Shown one piece after another: positions 1 through 13,672 of a stretch of 64,000 nucleotides of DNA. Each line of letters starts with the position of its first letter. Position 1 is the first letter of the stretch. Source of the stretch: Paraspadella gotoi (taxonomy: Eukaryota > Animalia > Chaetognatha); the NCBI GenBank assembly GCA_051294375.1, contig CM119267.1, positions 22,259,486 through 22,323,485 on the forward strand, in the 5' to 3' direction. The notes below the pieces were generated by a model. It worked only from the letters and a program-made list of their open reading frames with translations. It did not search any database and was not told the DNA's origin. Position numbers and translations under genes: made by a program.

Positions 1-2450
1 CGGCGGCGTCGAACCGGAAGTGGAGATGGGTGAAAATCCATCGTCGCGCCACATCTCCTCTCCGCCGACGGACACGTTTTCGTCGTCAGCGTCGTCGTAT
101 TCGATGCTCATCGTCGAGGACAGGAGGCGCGTGGAAGCCGGTTGCCTGGATACCGAAGAAGGCTTAGGCGGTTGCTTGGTTACCGAAGCTTCCGCGGAAC
201 GAAATTGGTTCCGTTCGCCGATGGAAGAGAGAGCGGTGGTTGGAAGGGGAGGGAGTGGTGGCATCGGCGAGGTGGGAGAGAGGGAAGAGGAAGAGGTGTC
301 GGACTTTGGGACGTAAGGATCTTGGTCTTCGTCGACGTTGTTCTCTTGGTCCACTTCGACAGTAAGAGCACGGTTTTCTGAATATTAATGGTAAACAAAC
401 GTGCCCGTGATAAAACTCAGTTCAAGGTGAAATTAATTTAATCGCTATAATAAAATTGTCAAACTCACCATCCAATAAAAATTCGCGATTATCTAAGTGA
501 TCCTCGTTACGATCTTTGTTCGCTTTTTCGCCGGCGATAAATGGCGAAGTTGCGGTTATCTCCTGACCGATCGGGTGGTAAGGCTTTTCTTTGGTAAATT
601 CCATCGTTTCCTGACAGTCGTTCCTGGGAGAGTTTCGATTCTGATCCACGTGTTGACGAGAGGGATTCGATAGAGATGCTTTGGCGTTCGGCGAAATGCG
701 GTATGATTCTGAACAAATGTGTTATGAGGAAAAAACAAAAATGATTTCTCAGAAATGAGAGAATTCTAAGAAATGTCATTTCCCGTACAGAAAAAAACCC
801 AATTATTCAGCCCCAATCAACAAACCGCACCTATACGAAAATCGGAGGTGATTTCGTTGAACTCCTGTAACAAATCCATCTGGGACCGAAGTTCCTTGGG
901 CGGCGAAAGTTCTTCCTCGATTTTGATCTTCAAGCTGCATTGATTCTCAGGAGTTTCCATCTCCGAAGATGCAGCGTCAATCCACTCTCGAGGCGATGAC
1001 GGGCACGGAGATGCGCGGCCGCTCAGCGTTGAATGCGGCGTCAGCGTTCCGCTACTGTTGATGGCTTGAGATTCGATTGAGGAAAGAGAGGACAGTGCCT
1101 CTCGCGGCGCCTTTTGAAGGCTGTCGTCGTCAAAGGAGGAGTTAAACTCGAAGATTGAATCGTTGCCGATTGAGCTGTTCCGTGTGGGTGGAGGAGGCGG
1201 TGGAGGTGGCGTTGGACGTACCGGCGGCCGGCAAGCAACTTTCGCCCCGGGAGAAGAAACCCTTTTGGGCGAGGCGCTCTTAGGCGGAGTTCCGACAGCG
1301 GTGGAGGTGTTTTTCAGAGATCTGCGGCTCCGCCTGGCGCGAAATTCTTCAAGCCTATTCTCCTTGCCGTCCTCCTCCGACCAGGCGTTCCAGAAACCTA
1401 CGTAGCCGGTCAGATCGGCGTGGAGACTCTCGTTGGTGGTGCCGTAGCCGCTGTCTCGGTCGCGACTCTGCGCCGAAAACGACGTTCGCGGCTCGGACGG
1501 CGTCAACGTCCCCTTGAGGCGCCGACCGGACGCCGACGTGTCGAGGCGCTGGCTGGCGACATGCAAGTGCTTGAAGACATAATGCAGCCCGCGGCGGCAA
1601 GCGTGGGCAGGGGGAAGCGTCAGCGGGTTGTGAGACACGTCTAGTTTCTCTAGGGTCTTGAGAAAGCGAAGGCCGAGAGGGAGCCGTTGGATGCGGTTGA
1701 TGGAGACGTCCAACTTGGTCAGCTTGAGATCGCCCAGGCACTCGGGGAGCTCCTGTAACTTGTTGGAGCGCAGGTCCAGGCTACGCAGATCCTCTAAGTG
1801 GCAGAGCTCCTCAGGAACTCGGTCGATCTCGTTGCACGAAAGATCGAGTTCTTGCAGATAGGTCAATTGGCTAATTTCTTCGGGAATGGCGACCAACTTA
1901 TTGTGGCTTATCACGAGAATCTGAAGTAAAAACAAAATATTTCATATTTATAGTTAAGATAGATCCATGTATATTATTGTATAGTTGTATATTGTATACG
2001 TAATAAAATTTCCAGTTTGTATCGAGTTGTATTTATCACCTTGAGCCGACTAAGTTGGCAAACGGTGGGCGAGATAACCGACAGCTGGTTCCGGCTCAAA
2101 TTCAAAACGTTAAGGAATTGCAGGTTGTTAAGCTGTTGGGGAATACTGCGAATGAGGTTGTTATACAGATCCAGGCTTTGGAGGCAGAAAAACTGGCAGA
2201 TGGACGGGTCGATTTCGGCAAGCCGGTTTTTCGACAAGTCCGCGGCGACAGTGTCGCTGAGATCATAGTTGGCGGAGAGCTTCGACGGGTAGGCCTTGAG
2301 CTGTTGCCCACTGAGGATGAGGCGGCCTGTGTCTTGCGCCTCTTCGAAAAAGCGCTCAGTCTGCCCAGCGACAGCTGGCGGGCGACCGCCAGGCGACGAC
2401 GCCGTGGTCGTAGTCGTCGTCAGAAGCGCTTGACCCGACGGTTTCGCCAT
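1..2450 (-). CDS. LRCH: Leucine-rich repeat protein, LRCH-like; multi-exon, 3' end runs off the left edge of the window
   Basis: Exon ORFs 1974..2450 and 817..1935 give the LRCH-type N-terminus (ERFFEEAQDTGRLILSGQQLKAYP...YDLSDTVAADLSKNRL) and tandem LxxLxLxxNxL repeats, then a DSGYGT motif and low-complexity sequence. The CH domain is not visible in the window. Confidence 0.8.
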
Positions 2451-2915
2451 CGTTCGTCACATAGTCTATTTGGCATTAATTACTACAACCTACAAAGCAA
2501 TAAAAAAGCAAACGTAAAGTACGCCTAGGTGTGTATGATAAAAACACGTCTAAAAATACAGATTTTATAACTAATTTTAATTTTAACTTTAATACATGAT
2601 CGTAATAAACAAATCAACGAAGGCAGATCAGGTGCCAGGTCTTATAGTGTATATATATATATATATATAGATTGATCAGAAAAGAAATTTGGCATCTTAC
2701 GAGATACGCCGTAACTTACATCTCATACCCATACAATATATTAAAAAACTTAATCGCTCCTTTTCTTCTAAGAATAGGGACCTAAATAGAGAAAACTTAG
2801 CTTTCGGTGGTTGAGACGTAAAAAGACTAGAAATTATTAACTATAATGTATGATAATTGCGAAGGCCATAAACGCAGTAACGAAGAAGTATTTTCAAAAC
2901 GGCCCCGCTGAAATT

Positions 2916-5900
2916 TCACAAATAATACAAGAGGGTCGAGAGATTTTCGGCTGCATTGTCTAGGTGGGCGCCAATGAGTCCGGCCAATCGATCAGCGTAA
3001 ACGCAGGGAGCGGGGCTTCTCACGGTGCCGCACCAATTGTAATAAAGGTGAGTGAGCTGATAGGTCAGCCGTTGAACGTCGTTCGCCTTTAGAGTCGATT
3101 CGTTCTTGAGGACGATGTAGTGGGTCGGAGTGACCGTGCCCTGTCGCACGTGCTGCGACACCAGCAGAAAGTTCGGACCCACGTGAGTCTTCGTGATGGC
3201 GTCGTCGACAACCGTACCAGGTTGAGGGTTGTCCAAGGGAGGTCCATTGTTTCGACCGCGACCGACTGAGGAAATATAGTAGGAGGCGAAACAATTCAAT
3301 TTTTATCTTTGGAATTATTACAATTACGAATTCGAAAATTTCTTCACCATTTTTCAAAAAGATTTGGGAATTGATTCGCTTCTGCACAACGATGAAGACG
3401 AACTCTGGCCGATAATCGGCGCCGAAATTAGAGAAAGCTCGCATGAGTTGCGGGATTTCGAAATCGGCGACGACGCTCAACTGACCGTCGCTCACGCCGT
3501 CCCTGGGCAACAAAAGAAATTTAATAAATTGTGGCATGAAATTGGTACAACCAATATAAAAGTTATCCATTCGTTTAATAAATAAGCTATCTTGCCCATG
3601 TCTTTGACATGGACAGGCTTTGGTGGTTTAAGGCCTCCATCACTCTTACAAGATAATGACATAGCAGGTCCCTGCAAGCTTTCAATCAAGACAGATAATT
3701 GAATATGAAATAGTATTAACTATTTAATGCTTCAAGCCTTCATCCGCGACTGGCACCTGTACACAACGATGAGCTGAGGCAAGGAATTGTGATTTATTTT
3801 TTTATATTCCTCCAGCGCCTTGGCCATCCAGGCGTGAAGAGCGGCGACCAGCTCTTGATCGCGGCTTTGCCTCATCCCGGTGCTGAAATACAGCGTGCAA
3901 CCGCTGTTGAGGGACGCAGTGAATGCGGCTGTCGTGAAAATGACGAAAGGGTAAATGCAAAACAGTGCGTACAAAGATGTTAGGCGATCATTATAAAGGT
4001 TAAAAATTTATCAATCAATCAATCATTCAACCACTAACCGGCCGAGGGACTACCGGAGGCGGAATTATGATAGGCATCATATCCGCAGACCATGAGGCCC
4101 TCGAGATTAATATCAACGCGCCAAAGCTCTCCACCGAGCTTGGCGTTGATCTGCCCGGCGATCTTCTGCGCCACCGAGTTCACTTTGTTCTGGTTCATCA
4201 GAGTATTTCTCAGGATGACCTGAGACGCCACAGGGCATTGCAGCATGCAGGTTTTTTTGAAAACCTTGTATCGCGCGTCCTGGGAAATTAAAAATTGAGG
4301 CCTATATAATAACTTGAAACCCAGCCTTCCCCTCACGGAATAAAAAAAATTAGCCAATTAGCTAAGTTAAGTTGTTGATACCTGTTTGGCGGAAAATATG
4401 GCCACCACCAACTTAGTGTGAGCGAGGACGACTCTATCGATCATCTTCTTCAAGTCGTCGTTTCTTGAGGATTGGAGTCTGTGCATCTCAGGCATTCCGA
4501 TCGTCATGCCCATTTTCTGCCCCCACTGGATCAGCTTCTCCCTGGCCCGGTGAGCGGCCGACTGACAGTCCGCGGTGAAAAGAATCGCCCAGCACCCGGT
4601 GGGAATTTTGACTGCGGCGTACATTTGATTTTGGGAGAAGGGTTGACTCCAGCTTTGGAACCGATCGGGGAACGCCCGAGCGTTCTCTCCGAAACGGATG
4701 GCCACCGGATCGAGAACGCGGCCGCCGACGTCGTAGAGATCGTCGCAGAGGTCGAGGCCCCACCGGGTGAACTGTTCGAACGCCTCGGGGGTCGACTTTA
4801 CTCTTTGAATCCAAGTCCTTAAAGATCGCGCGCGAGCATCGGGAGTCAGACGCGTCTGGTAGCCTACATCTTTCATCAATCTGGGAGGGAAAGAGGCGAT
4901 GGGAGAATTGACTATTCAAAAACAAGTTGACGAATTAACAAAAATAACGTTAATTTGATGAGAATACGTATTAATTATGAGGCGTTTTTATTAAAATTAT
5001 GATATAGGTCAATTGACAGCAAATTAGGTGTCATATTTAGTGCTTAAATTTTTCATTATTGCCTCTGCTTACAATCCTCGCATTCAGATAAAAAACACTA
5101 GTTTTTCCAGTATTGTTCAGTTACTATTAACAAAATAAATTTAAATTGCCCCATAATATAAATTAGGCCAAAATCGGATTAGTTAAAACCATCTCCAGCT
5201 ATTTCTAATCATATAAGAGTAACATTTTTGCAACTTTTAGGAAAAAAAATCATGTCCATTTTTGTCCATTTTCACTTTCGTCTTCAAATTTGAATGCCAA
5301 GGAAAGTTGAGAAAATTTTTTTATTTTGGAATTCCTTTCTTCCTTATCTTCTTCACCCCTGAGTAAAATATTTTCCTTATATCATTCATAGTTCACTTAT
5401 GAATTAATTTTAAAGTTGACAAGTCAAAAAGTCGCAGTTTTAGTTTATTATTAATTTATTAAACAAAAAATAGTTTAAATTGGCTTAAACTAACAGAAAA
5501 TATAGCCCACAGAATAAGCTTTTAACACCTACAAAATTATCAAAAAAACTCATTTCGTTTAGCCATAAATATTTTTTAAAGACGACAATTAATTGTGACT
5601 TTTTGTGACTTCCATTTATTTTTAATAAAGATAAGATTTTAAATTTATTTTATAGTTTTAACAGTTGAGGAACATACTGGCGTTAATAAAACAAAAAAAA
5701 CCGCATCCTTTAAAACCAATGGAAAGCGTCAGGACTTGTTTTTTTCTCAGATTTTGCGGAAATATTTTCCGCAAAATCTGTCGATTTACTAAATTTGCCA
5801 GGCAACCAAAATTGAAAGAAAAATCATAAGATACCGTAAATAGTCTTTTCTTATAATGGAAAAGTAGTGGGAGGGAACAGGAAAGGGAAAACAAGAAAAG

Positions 5901-8668
5901 GAGAAGGGGAGAATGAGAGAGAAAGGGGGAAAAGCATAAAAAAGAAGGCAAAGGAGAAAAAAAATAGGAGATAAAGGAAAAGCGGAAAAAGAAGGGAAAA
6001 ATGGAAAGAAAAGAGGGGGAAAAGAAAGAATAAGGAGAGAAGGCAATAAAAAAGGATAAGGAAAGTGAAATAGTGGCAAAGAAAGGTAGGGTCATAGAAA
6101 AGGTAAGTTACGGCGTGAAAAGTAGGGAGGAAAGAGGAAGATAAAAATAGAAACACAGAGAAGAAAAGAGATGAAGAAAGAGAATCAGGGAAACGGTATG
6201 AAAGGGAAAAAAATGTATCAGATAATGTGGCATCTTGTCTGAAAAGTTTTGTGTAAATAAAAGCCACAAAAATTAAAAGGAGGAATTTGATCTTTAAAAG
6301 TTGTTGGTACCATAAAAATTCATCATACTTTCATCTCAAATTAGGTTGTTAATGGATAAGATTGATAATCTCCAAAGAAATCATGTCTTACCGTATTTTT
6401 AACTCATAGAAATTTAACTGAACAGTACTAGGTAATAAGAATGAGATAACCATAGCAAACCGTTTTTTTAAATAAAAGAAACTTCATACTAATCACTGAG
6501 ATCAAAAGAGATGGTAATTATTTAAGTTCAGAAATGTTATCTAAAGGACGTCGATCGTACGTGGAGCCTATTGTCAGAGAACGTTCAAAAATATTATGTC
6601 GGGTTTCTTGAACAGCATTGGAATATATTTTATCAGCCAATATTTTGGCTACTAGTATCTAACCTGAAATTATCGCGCATGCTCTGAGTAAGGCCAGTCA
6701 TGTAACAGAGCTCGGGAACAAGCTCGATGGGCCTGTTTTCTTCGTGGGCGTGGGAGGGATTCTTGTTGCGCTTGGGTCGATGAAGGAGCATCGGCTGTCC
6801 TAAGTCGCGAATGGACTTATTATAATGTTGGCGGTAATACTCGACGAAGGTGTACTCTTGTCCGTCGGTGCGTGGGAATGTGGATGTGGGATTACGATCA
6901 AAGCTTACGTCGTCGACCCGGTATGTCCGATTGTTGTATCTGAAAAAGAATCAAGTATAAATTTATAATCCAAAAATATTTTCATAGTTTTAATCTTTCG
7001 AAAAAAATGTTTTTTTATTTTTTAATCATTTTAAAATTATTATTATAGTTATTAAATTACGTTCATATTTTCAAAAATACTATCAATAAAGCTCAGCAGT
7101 CAAAATCAAACCATAACCGGGTTACTTACCGGGTGAGCACAATTTCTCCGACAATCTGTCGCCTGAATTCGTTTTGCCATTCGCCTCTGTTGGTACACTC
7201 TATCATCAGATCATAAACCGTGTCATCTCGCAACACTCTATGGCTGATGAGCACGTTGACCAGAAGGCCTCCGTCTTTTTCGTCGATAGAGGATACGTAG
7301 CCGGGCCAAATTTGGAGCTTATGCTCCCTGATAATCCTCTTGGCCGCTTCGTCGAAGAGTCCGCGCCCGATCGGCACGAGAGATAATCGCTTCATAGCGT
7401 TCTTGATGACCAAATTGAACACTTTGGGACATTCTTTCCAAGGTACTGGTTTAATGAACTTGACGCGCACCTCCACCTCCATTCCGGAGCGGGAGTCATT
7501 CGCGGAAAAGGTTGTCTCGTCGGGCGTCAGGGGATCCCGCGAATAGAGCTCTTTGCCGTCGAATTCAATGGCGTTGGCCTCGCCGAAATGCTTGAGAACG
7601 AGGCTCCTCTTAAGGCGGTAGGAATCTATCTCGGGCCGAAACTCGCAACAAAACTGATAGACAACCGGACATTTGCACAGGACCCGCACATAGTTGGATA
7701 TCAAGTCGACTTGCTTGCCCGCATCACCCCGAAAGTTGGAAGACGAGGCTTGATTGGCCTGAAATTCCGAGTCGCGTTGTCGAGTGACTTGGGCGCCGGC
7801 GGAAGGCGCGGAAGATTGGGAGCCGGGGACCGAATCGGAAAGAGCAGAAGGCGGACGAGAATGATCGTGCGGAGAGGACGATTGGCCAGAAGGAGGAGAC
7901 CGTTGGTGAGGAGAAACGAAATCGGGAGAGCGCAAAGGGGGCGAAGGATCAGAGGTGAAACCATGCCCATTGAGCGACGAAGGCATTTGGGAATTTAATC
8001 GAGGGGAAGGAAGAGATTGATTGCGCGGGAGCGGATTGCGGGGACGCTGGGGAGGCGGAGGTCCAAAAGATCTTCCTCCTGTCCCTCCACTAGGATAGGG
8101 GAATCGACCCATGGCTTGCGGAGGATATTGACCACCTCTGGGACTGTAGGGTTGGGGAAAATGACCCCCGGGATATTGGTAAGGAGGACCAAATGGCTGA
8201 TTTTCCGGGTAGTATTCCCGGGATCCTGGATAGTCCGAGGGTTGTCCACGTGATCCCGGAAGGGGTGGTCTTTCGCGCCCCGCCCCGGCTCGTCGATCTC
8301 CGTCCGGTGGAGGCTTATATGATCGACGATCATCTCCATGGGTTCGCGTTCCGGGCAGCGGGGGACGACTATTGGGCTGGCGAGGATGGGGCGGTCCGCG
8401 ATCCTCGGACTCGGGACCGCGGGGCGCCCAGTTGGCGCCTCGGCCGCGAGCAACACCGAAAGTGAGGCCTTCGTTGAGGGAGAGAGCCGATGTCCGGTCT
8501 GACAAGAAGGAATCGTCGGCCGGGGCGAACTGATCCGATGCACGAGCGAATGGATCGTCCAGAACGCCGGACCCGCGACCGACTTGCCTGTCTTGGCGGA
8601 GCGCCTCGTCTTTTTGTAAAGCATCTCTTACAGCATCCAAGAGGGAGCCGCGTCCGCGACTCGCCATG
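2916..8668 (-). CDS. piwi: Piwi-clade Argonaute, about 7 coding exons
   Basis: MASRGRG start with RG motifs; N and PAZ domains (KLQIWPGYVSSI, IVLTR|YNNRTYRVDD, LVPELCYMTGL); MID (QKIAGQINAKLGGELW); PIWI motifs GYDAYH, YR|DGVSDG, QHVRQGTVTPTHY, LTHLYYNWCGTVRSPAPC; ends LYYL. Junctions traced are GT-AG. Confidence 0.95.
3537..3692. repeat. Interspersed intronic repeat family A, copy 1 (~155 bp)
   Basis: Near-identical to 13104-13254 (inverted) and 61098-61242: tgaaattggtacaacc...gcaggtccctgcaagctttca. Confidence 0.85.
5860..6210. repeat. Purine-rich (A/G) low-complexity tract in the large Piwi intron
   Basis: Almost purely A/G on the + strand; it accounts for the F/S/L-rich spurious ORFs here. 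Confidence 0.7.
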
Positions 8669-9304
8669 GGGTTTTTTTTGTTATCTGGAAACGCAATTAT
8701 ATCAAGATAAGGCATGAGATAAATTTGATTTCGCAGTTTTCGAAGCTCGCTAACAATGACAATAATAATAATAATAATGATAATAATAATAGGAATAAAC
8801 TTTTCGGGCTGGAAAAAACGTCTTTGTTGATTTAAAAAAATTGTTCCCAAACTAGTAAAGACAGCAAACCGAACATGTTAAATCGTTATTGGTAAATTAC
8901 ACTAGACCTTACCTTCTAAAGAAAAGTTATAGATCTCACATTTTACGACTAAGCCTTGGAGAGACATTCACTTTTCACAAGTTGCTAAGAACAAGAAAAA
9001 TATCGGAACTACGTGAGATCACAGCGAAGACCAGAATGACGTGGAATTCAAAATAGAAAACAAGACCCAATTACAGGAAAGCGCATCCTCCCAATTTTGA
9101 TGTTAATCCAAATTAAAAAATGAAAAATACTAAACTTAAAATGACGCAAAAAAGACGCAATAGAACAGAATTATAATTACCTAAAAAAAATGAAAGAGAA
9201 AAATGAAGTCTGGCTTTGGCGATATAAACAAAAAAAATATCAGATTCCGCTTCGTAGGACGAAGGGAGAAAATACAGAAACAGGAAAAGAGAAGAAGATA
9301 AAAA

Positions 9305-9310
<6 letters not shown>

Positions 9311-9341
<31 letters not shown>
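9311..9341. repeat. (AG)n microsatellite
   Basis: Direct reading of the sequence. Confidence 0.9.
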
Positions 9342-9350
<9 letters not shown>

Positions 9351-9496
9351 GTTTTGGTTTCGAAATATTTTCATCCAGCCCTCTCTCGACTTTGATTCTC
9401 TCGCACATCGCAGTTGCCTTTGAATATTTTTAACGTTTCCTCTTCAGCCCTTCTTTTTTCTCCTCTTCCCCCTCCCCCACCACCCCCTACGACTCT

Positions 9497-12400
9497 TCAA
9501 CCGGCTCCCATCGAAGAGTCCAGAAGGCTGGCTCGCTTCGTGAGGTGACTGTGCAGACTCTTCGTGTTGAGGCTGTTCTTCTTCACGTCCTGCACGATGG
9601 AACGGACGAGGGTGGTGAAGAAGGCCGGGTGGTTCGGCTTCTCCGAGAATCTCTCGTACTGATCTAAACTCTCTTGCAGTTTTAGAGTCAGAGTGTCGTA
9701 GTTGGATCGGACTACGTTCAAAACCTTATAAGGAGTGAAAACGTGTTATAGTAAAGAGTACAGAGAAAAAAAACAAAAACAAAACCTAAGAAAAAGAAAA
9801 AGAGAAAAAAATTGAACAGAAAACATTTTCAGAAAAAGTAAAAAATCCTTTTCTTGTTTCGGTCATAATGTAGCAGAATAATTTGTGGTTCATTTCAAAT
9901 GAGATCGAGTTCTTCAATCTCATTTACATATTATAGCAGTTTAGAACATTTCTCATATCTTTTGAAAAAGTTTTCATAGTAGTCTTATTTAACTTATTTA
10001 ATAATGATTAATAACTTTCACCCTTTAGGGGAAGAATGCAGTGGCCTGGGATTGGTAATAACGATTCTCTTGAATTTCAGTTGGGGCGAAAGAAAGAGGG
10101 AGAGGGAGTGAGAGGAGGATTGCCGAAGATTTATCGCTCAATCCCCAGCCGTCTTCCTTCCCCAAAAAAAGAAAACTTTCAAAATTTTTTTAAAGGCGAA
10201 AAAAAATTGGTTTGCGGTTTTCGTTGTTGAGGCGGTGGTTGTAGTTGTGGAGAGATGGGGGGGAGGAGTGAATGCGGTGGTGGCGTAAACGAACCTGTTG
10301 TTCGTCGAGAGAACTGAGATGATTGGCGGCGGCCCAAGATTCGATCTTCGGACTGAAGTGATTGATGATGGCGCGAATGTTGACCAACGAGTTGGAGAGG
10401 CGAACGGCCGAGTCGCGCCAGGGGGAAGAGCCTGAGTTAAAGATTTAAAAGGAAAAAAGAAAAAAAAGAGTTATCAATAGTAATCGCGATGTATATGTAT
10501 TTTATCGCATGATCTTTTCTCTCGATCTTACTTTCTCCGTTGGGCGGCGGGGTAGAGGGAGGCATCGTCGTGTATCGCAGAGACATGGAGTAAAGATTTT
10601 CAAAGACTTGATGCATACGGATGATCTCGTAGTACAGCTCGTCGTAGAGGGAAGGGTTGGGCAGAAAAGTATCGCCGTAGGTGATGAACAGGTTGAAAAT
10701 CGTCGTCACGCTCCTGGCAGAATAAATGCCACAAAGTTCACAACAAAGTTTTACTTTATATTTGTGAAATTTCCCATTACTTTGCCAGCAGGAAGATATT
10801 GTGCTTTCCGATGAGGACCGTTTCGTGGGACATCAAAAACTTGAGAAGAGAAATGAGTCCGGTCCACAGCTCCTTCCAGGGATAGTTTAGCCGCGTTCGA
10901 CATCTGATTAGAAAGAACGTCAAATTATACAAACATTTTTTATAAAATAACTAAACAGGACACGCCGACCTTTTCTCGTAGCAGAGTAACCGCTGTGCCA
11001 CCGCAAGAGCCATCATGTACAACTCCATGGGAAACTGTTTCATCATGTGACTTTGAATAAATTCGACGACCAGATCCATGATGGCGCAAGCCAAAGGTCG
11101 TGAGGGAGGATTCTGTCGGACGAATTAACAATCACTATGTATTTAAAGATTCAGAAACGCTGCCAAATTGATAAAAGTTGGAAGCGATTGAGGAAAAAAA
11201 AAAACCTTTTCGAAAAAGCCTTTGCGATGTCGCATGGGGAGGCGGTAGATGGGGACGCGGAAATTCATGTTGACGTCGTGCATCAAGGAATTGGCGTATT
11301 GATCTTCGGTGATGCAGTGGAGCGTGATGAAACAGAGTTTGGCGCTTTGATGCCTGCGGAGCGAAAGAAAAACGGCGGCATTTGATCAGATTTGAAAATG
11401 GCATTTGAAAATGGCATTTGAAAATGGGACCAGGGTCATCCCGAAAAATGGAACCCTCACCTCGATTCGTCCTTGATGTCCTGCATGACGATGGAGGTGT
11501 AGGTAAGGAAGGCGACGAGGAGGTTGGATGGTTGCGTGGGAACGGCCGAAGGCGTCGGAGGTGGAGACCCCGACGTTCCGTTTGACTGCGTGCGCGCGTA
11601 GCCTGAGATCAAACGAGAGTGTCAGAAAGAATAATGTGTCTATAAATATAATTTGTTTCTTCTTCAATAATTTGTTTCTTCTTCATACCTGGTAGTGGGG
11701 GAGCCTCCGAATTTGTGGGCGTGGCAGGGGGTGTAGGGTTCGTGGAGATGGAAGAACCGTCGCAGGACGACGATCCAGAATAATTTCGCGTCTTTGTTGA
11801 TTCGTATTCTTTTGGGTGGGAAGCAACGAGTTTTGTAGGTAAATTTCGTGCATTTTTACTTTTTTTTCTTTTTACTATTTTCTCTTTCTCTCTCTTTCCT
11901 CCGTATTTTTCATGTCAATAAAACAACCGTTGTTTGTAAAAATTTTTAAAAATTATATTCAGTAAATAAGAATGTAAAAAAATATTTTTACTCTGATCTG
12001 TCGATAGATGATTCACAAGTTTCCAATTGTTGCGTAATACGCAACGCACGTGAATTTATTTATTTCTTTTTTTGTTAATAGAAAGAGTGAAAAATTAACA
12101 AAAGGTAAACAATTCTCGAAAGCCAGAAAGAAGTAAGCGAAATGACTGGGAAATCGCGAAATCGCAAGAAAGAGAAACGGTGAAAAAAATTCATTAAGGT
12201 AAAAACTTTGTCCACAGTTTTGACCACTTTTAATTTCCATCGCTTTAACTCACCTCCGGCGCCGCCGGCGTCGTAATCGGGCATGGAGGTGACCAGGGCG
12301 GAGATGAAATTCCGGTTGAGGTGGACGGCCTCGTAGAGAGCGAGTAGGATGGCTTCGTTGGTTTTGAGGGCGTCGACGCCGGACGCGCCCTCGCCCGACA

Positions 12401-13672
12401 CGAACATGGAACCAACCATGGAGGAAAGGGAAGAGAGAAAACCGCCTTCGGGCTCAACGTGTTTGCTCTGGAGGGATTGAGATTGAGGATTATTTATCAA
12501 TAAATCGTACCGTACCAGGCACAAAGGTAGATCTATAGGAGGTGAACCTGGTAGTGCTGATTGTACTCTAACAGGCACGAGTTGATGACCTGCGCTAGCC
12601 CTGCCAGCGCCACCTCGTCGTCCAATATGGAGAGCTTGACGATGTAGGGATTAGTAGACTCGTATTTGCGGTATTGGACTAGTATGGTCAAAAGGAGCAG
12701 GGCGTCGTGTCCGTGGGGAAGACGGAGGGTGGCGCTGGCGAGCAACTTGACGGCGCTGTCGAACACGTTGGCGTTGAGCATGAGGTATTCGAGCAAGACG
12801 TTCTGACTAACGTTTGCCGTCGCCGTGACCAGAGAAAGGAGGAGCTTGAGGGCCATGTCGCGCAGGTGGACAGGATGGTGCTCGTGGTTGAGTACGGCGT
12901 CCACGCAATCGACGAGCGACTGCATGCGGGCCTCGGCGGCGTCGAAGCCTACGAGGAGGTCGATCAGGTCGAAGCCGGAGTCGCCTTTGAAGGAGTAGAG
13001 GGAGGGGGGGGTTGAGAAAGATTTTTAAGTAATAAGTACGCATTAGTGTATATGTCGTATATCTTTAATATAATAGTGAGTAAATAAACGAGACTGTGAG
13101 AGAGTCTTGATTAAAAGCTTGCAGGGACCTGCTATCTCATTATCATGTAAGAGTGATGGAGGCCTTCAACCACCAAAGCCTGTCCAAAGTCAGGGGCAAG
13201 ATAGCTTATTTATTAAATGAACGGATAATTTTTATATTGGTTGTACCAATTTCATTATGATTTATCTTATTCTTTACCCTGAGTCTTTCGGTAAACGCCC
13301 CTGATGAGCGCCCCGAGCGTCATCATCGCGTTCGTCATCCGGATTTGATTCTCGTCCTCCGCCTTCAACGCCGCCAGGCATTTGCTGAACAACGTGTTGA
13401 ACATTCCTAACAGAAACGAAATAAAACAAAAGGTTTAAACAGAATCCCCACTCTTAATTTCAATGTTCACTCTCTTTCTCACCCTTCAACTGCCCCATCT
13501 GTTGAGGATTCAATCGGTCGAACTCCTTGTCCAACTGCAACAGATTCACGCGCAGCAAAAAGAATTCTTCCCAAAAGTTGGGATTTCCCTCGGCGGGGTT
13601 CTCGCCGCGAAAAAGTTGTTCGTAGAGAATGACGATCTTCCCCTTCAAGTTTCTACGCGGATTCGTCGGCAT
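9497..13672 (-). CDS. ARMH3: Armadillo-like helical domain protein 3 (C10orf76/UPF0668), multi-exon; exact start uncertain
   Basis: [13 protein letters not shown]...[11 protein letters not shown]; [10 protein letters not shown]; [20 protein letters not shown]; [13 protein letters not shown]...[15 protein letters not shown]; [26 protein letters not shown]. Confidence 0.9.
9872..9990. repeat. Interspersed intronic repeat family C, copy 1 (contains a hairpin)
   Basis: Matches 54838-54958: agcagaataatttgtggttcattt..aatgagat.gagttc.tcaatctcatttacatatt. Confidence 0.75.
13104..13254. repeat. Interspersed repeat family A, copy 2 (inverted)
   Basis: Reverse complement of 3537-3692. Confidence 0.85.

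Noticed and set aside
2485-2725. Apparently unpaired acceptor upstream of the LRCH ATG as proof of trans-splicing
   Set aside because: A good GTAAGT donor exists near 2714-2719, so an ordinary 5' UTR intron explains it.
5658-6267. F/S/L-rich ORFs that look like membrane proteins
   Set aside because: They are translations of an A/G low-complexity tract inside the Piwi intron.
6634-6657. Helitron-like hairpin plus CTAG
   Set aside because: The spacing is atypical and no matching 5' end or second copy was seen.
11390-11690. Short tandem duplications (tttgaaaatggca x3; ataatttgtttcttcttca x2)
   Set aside because: Ordinary intronic slippage repeats.
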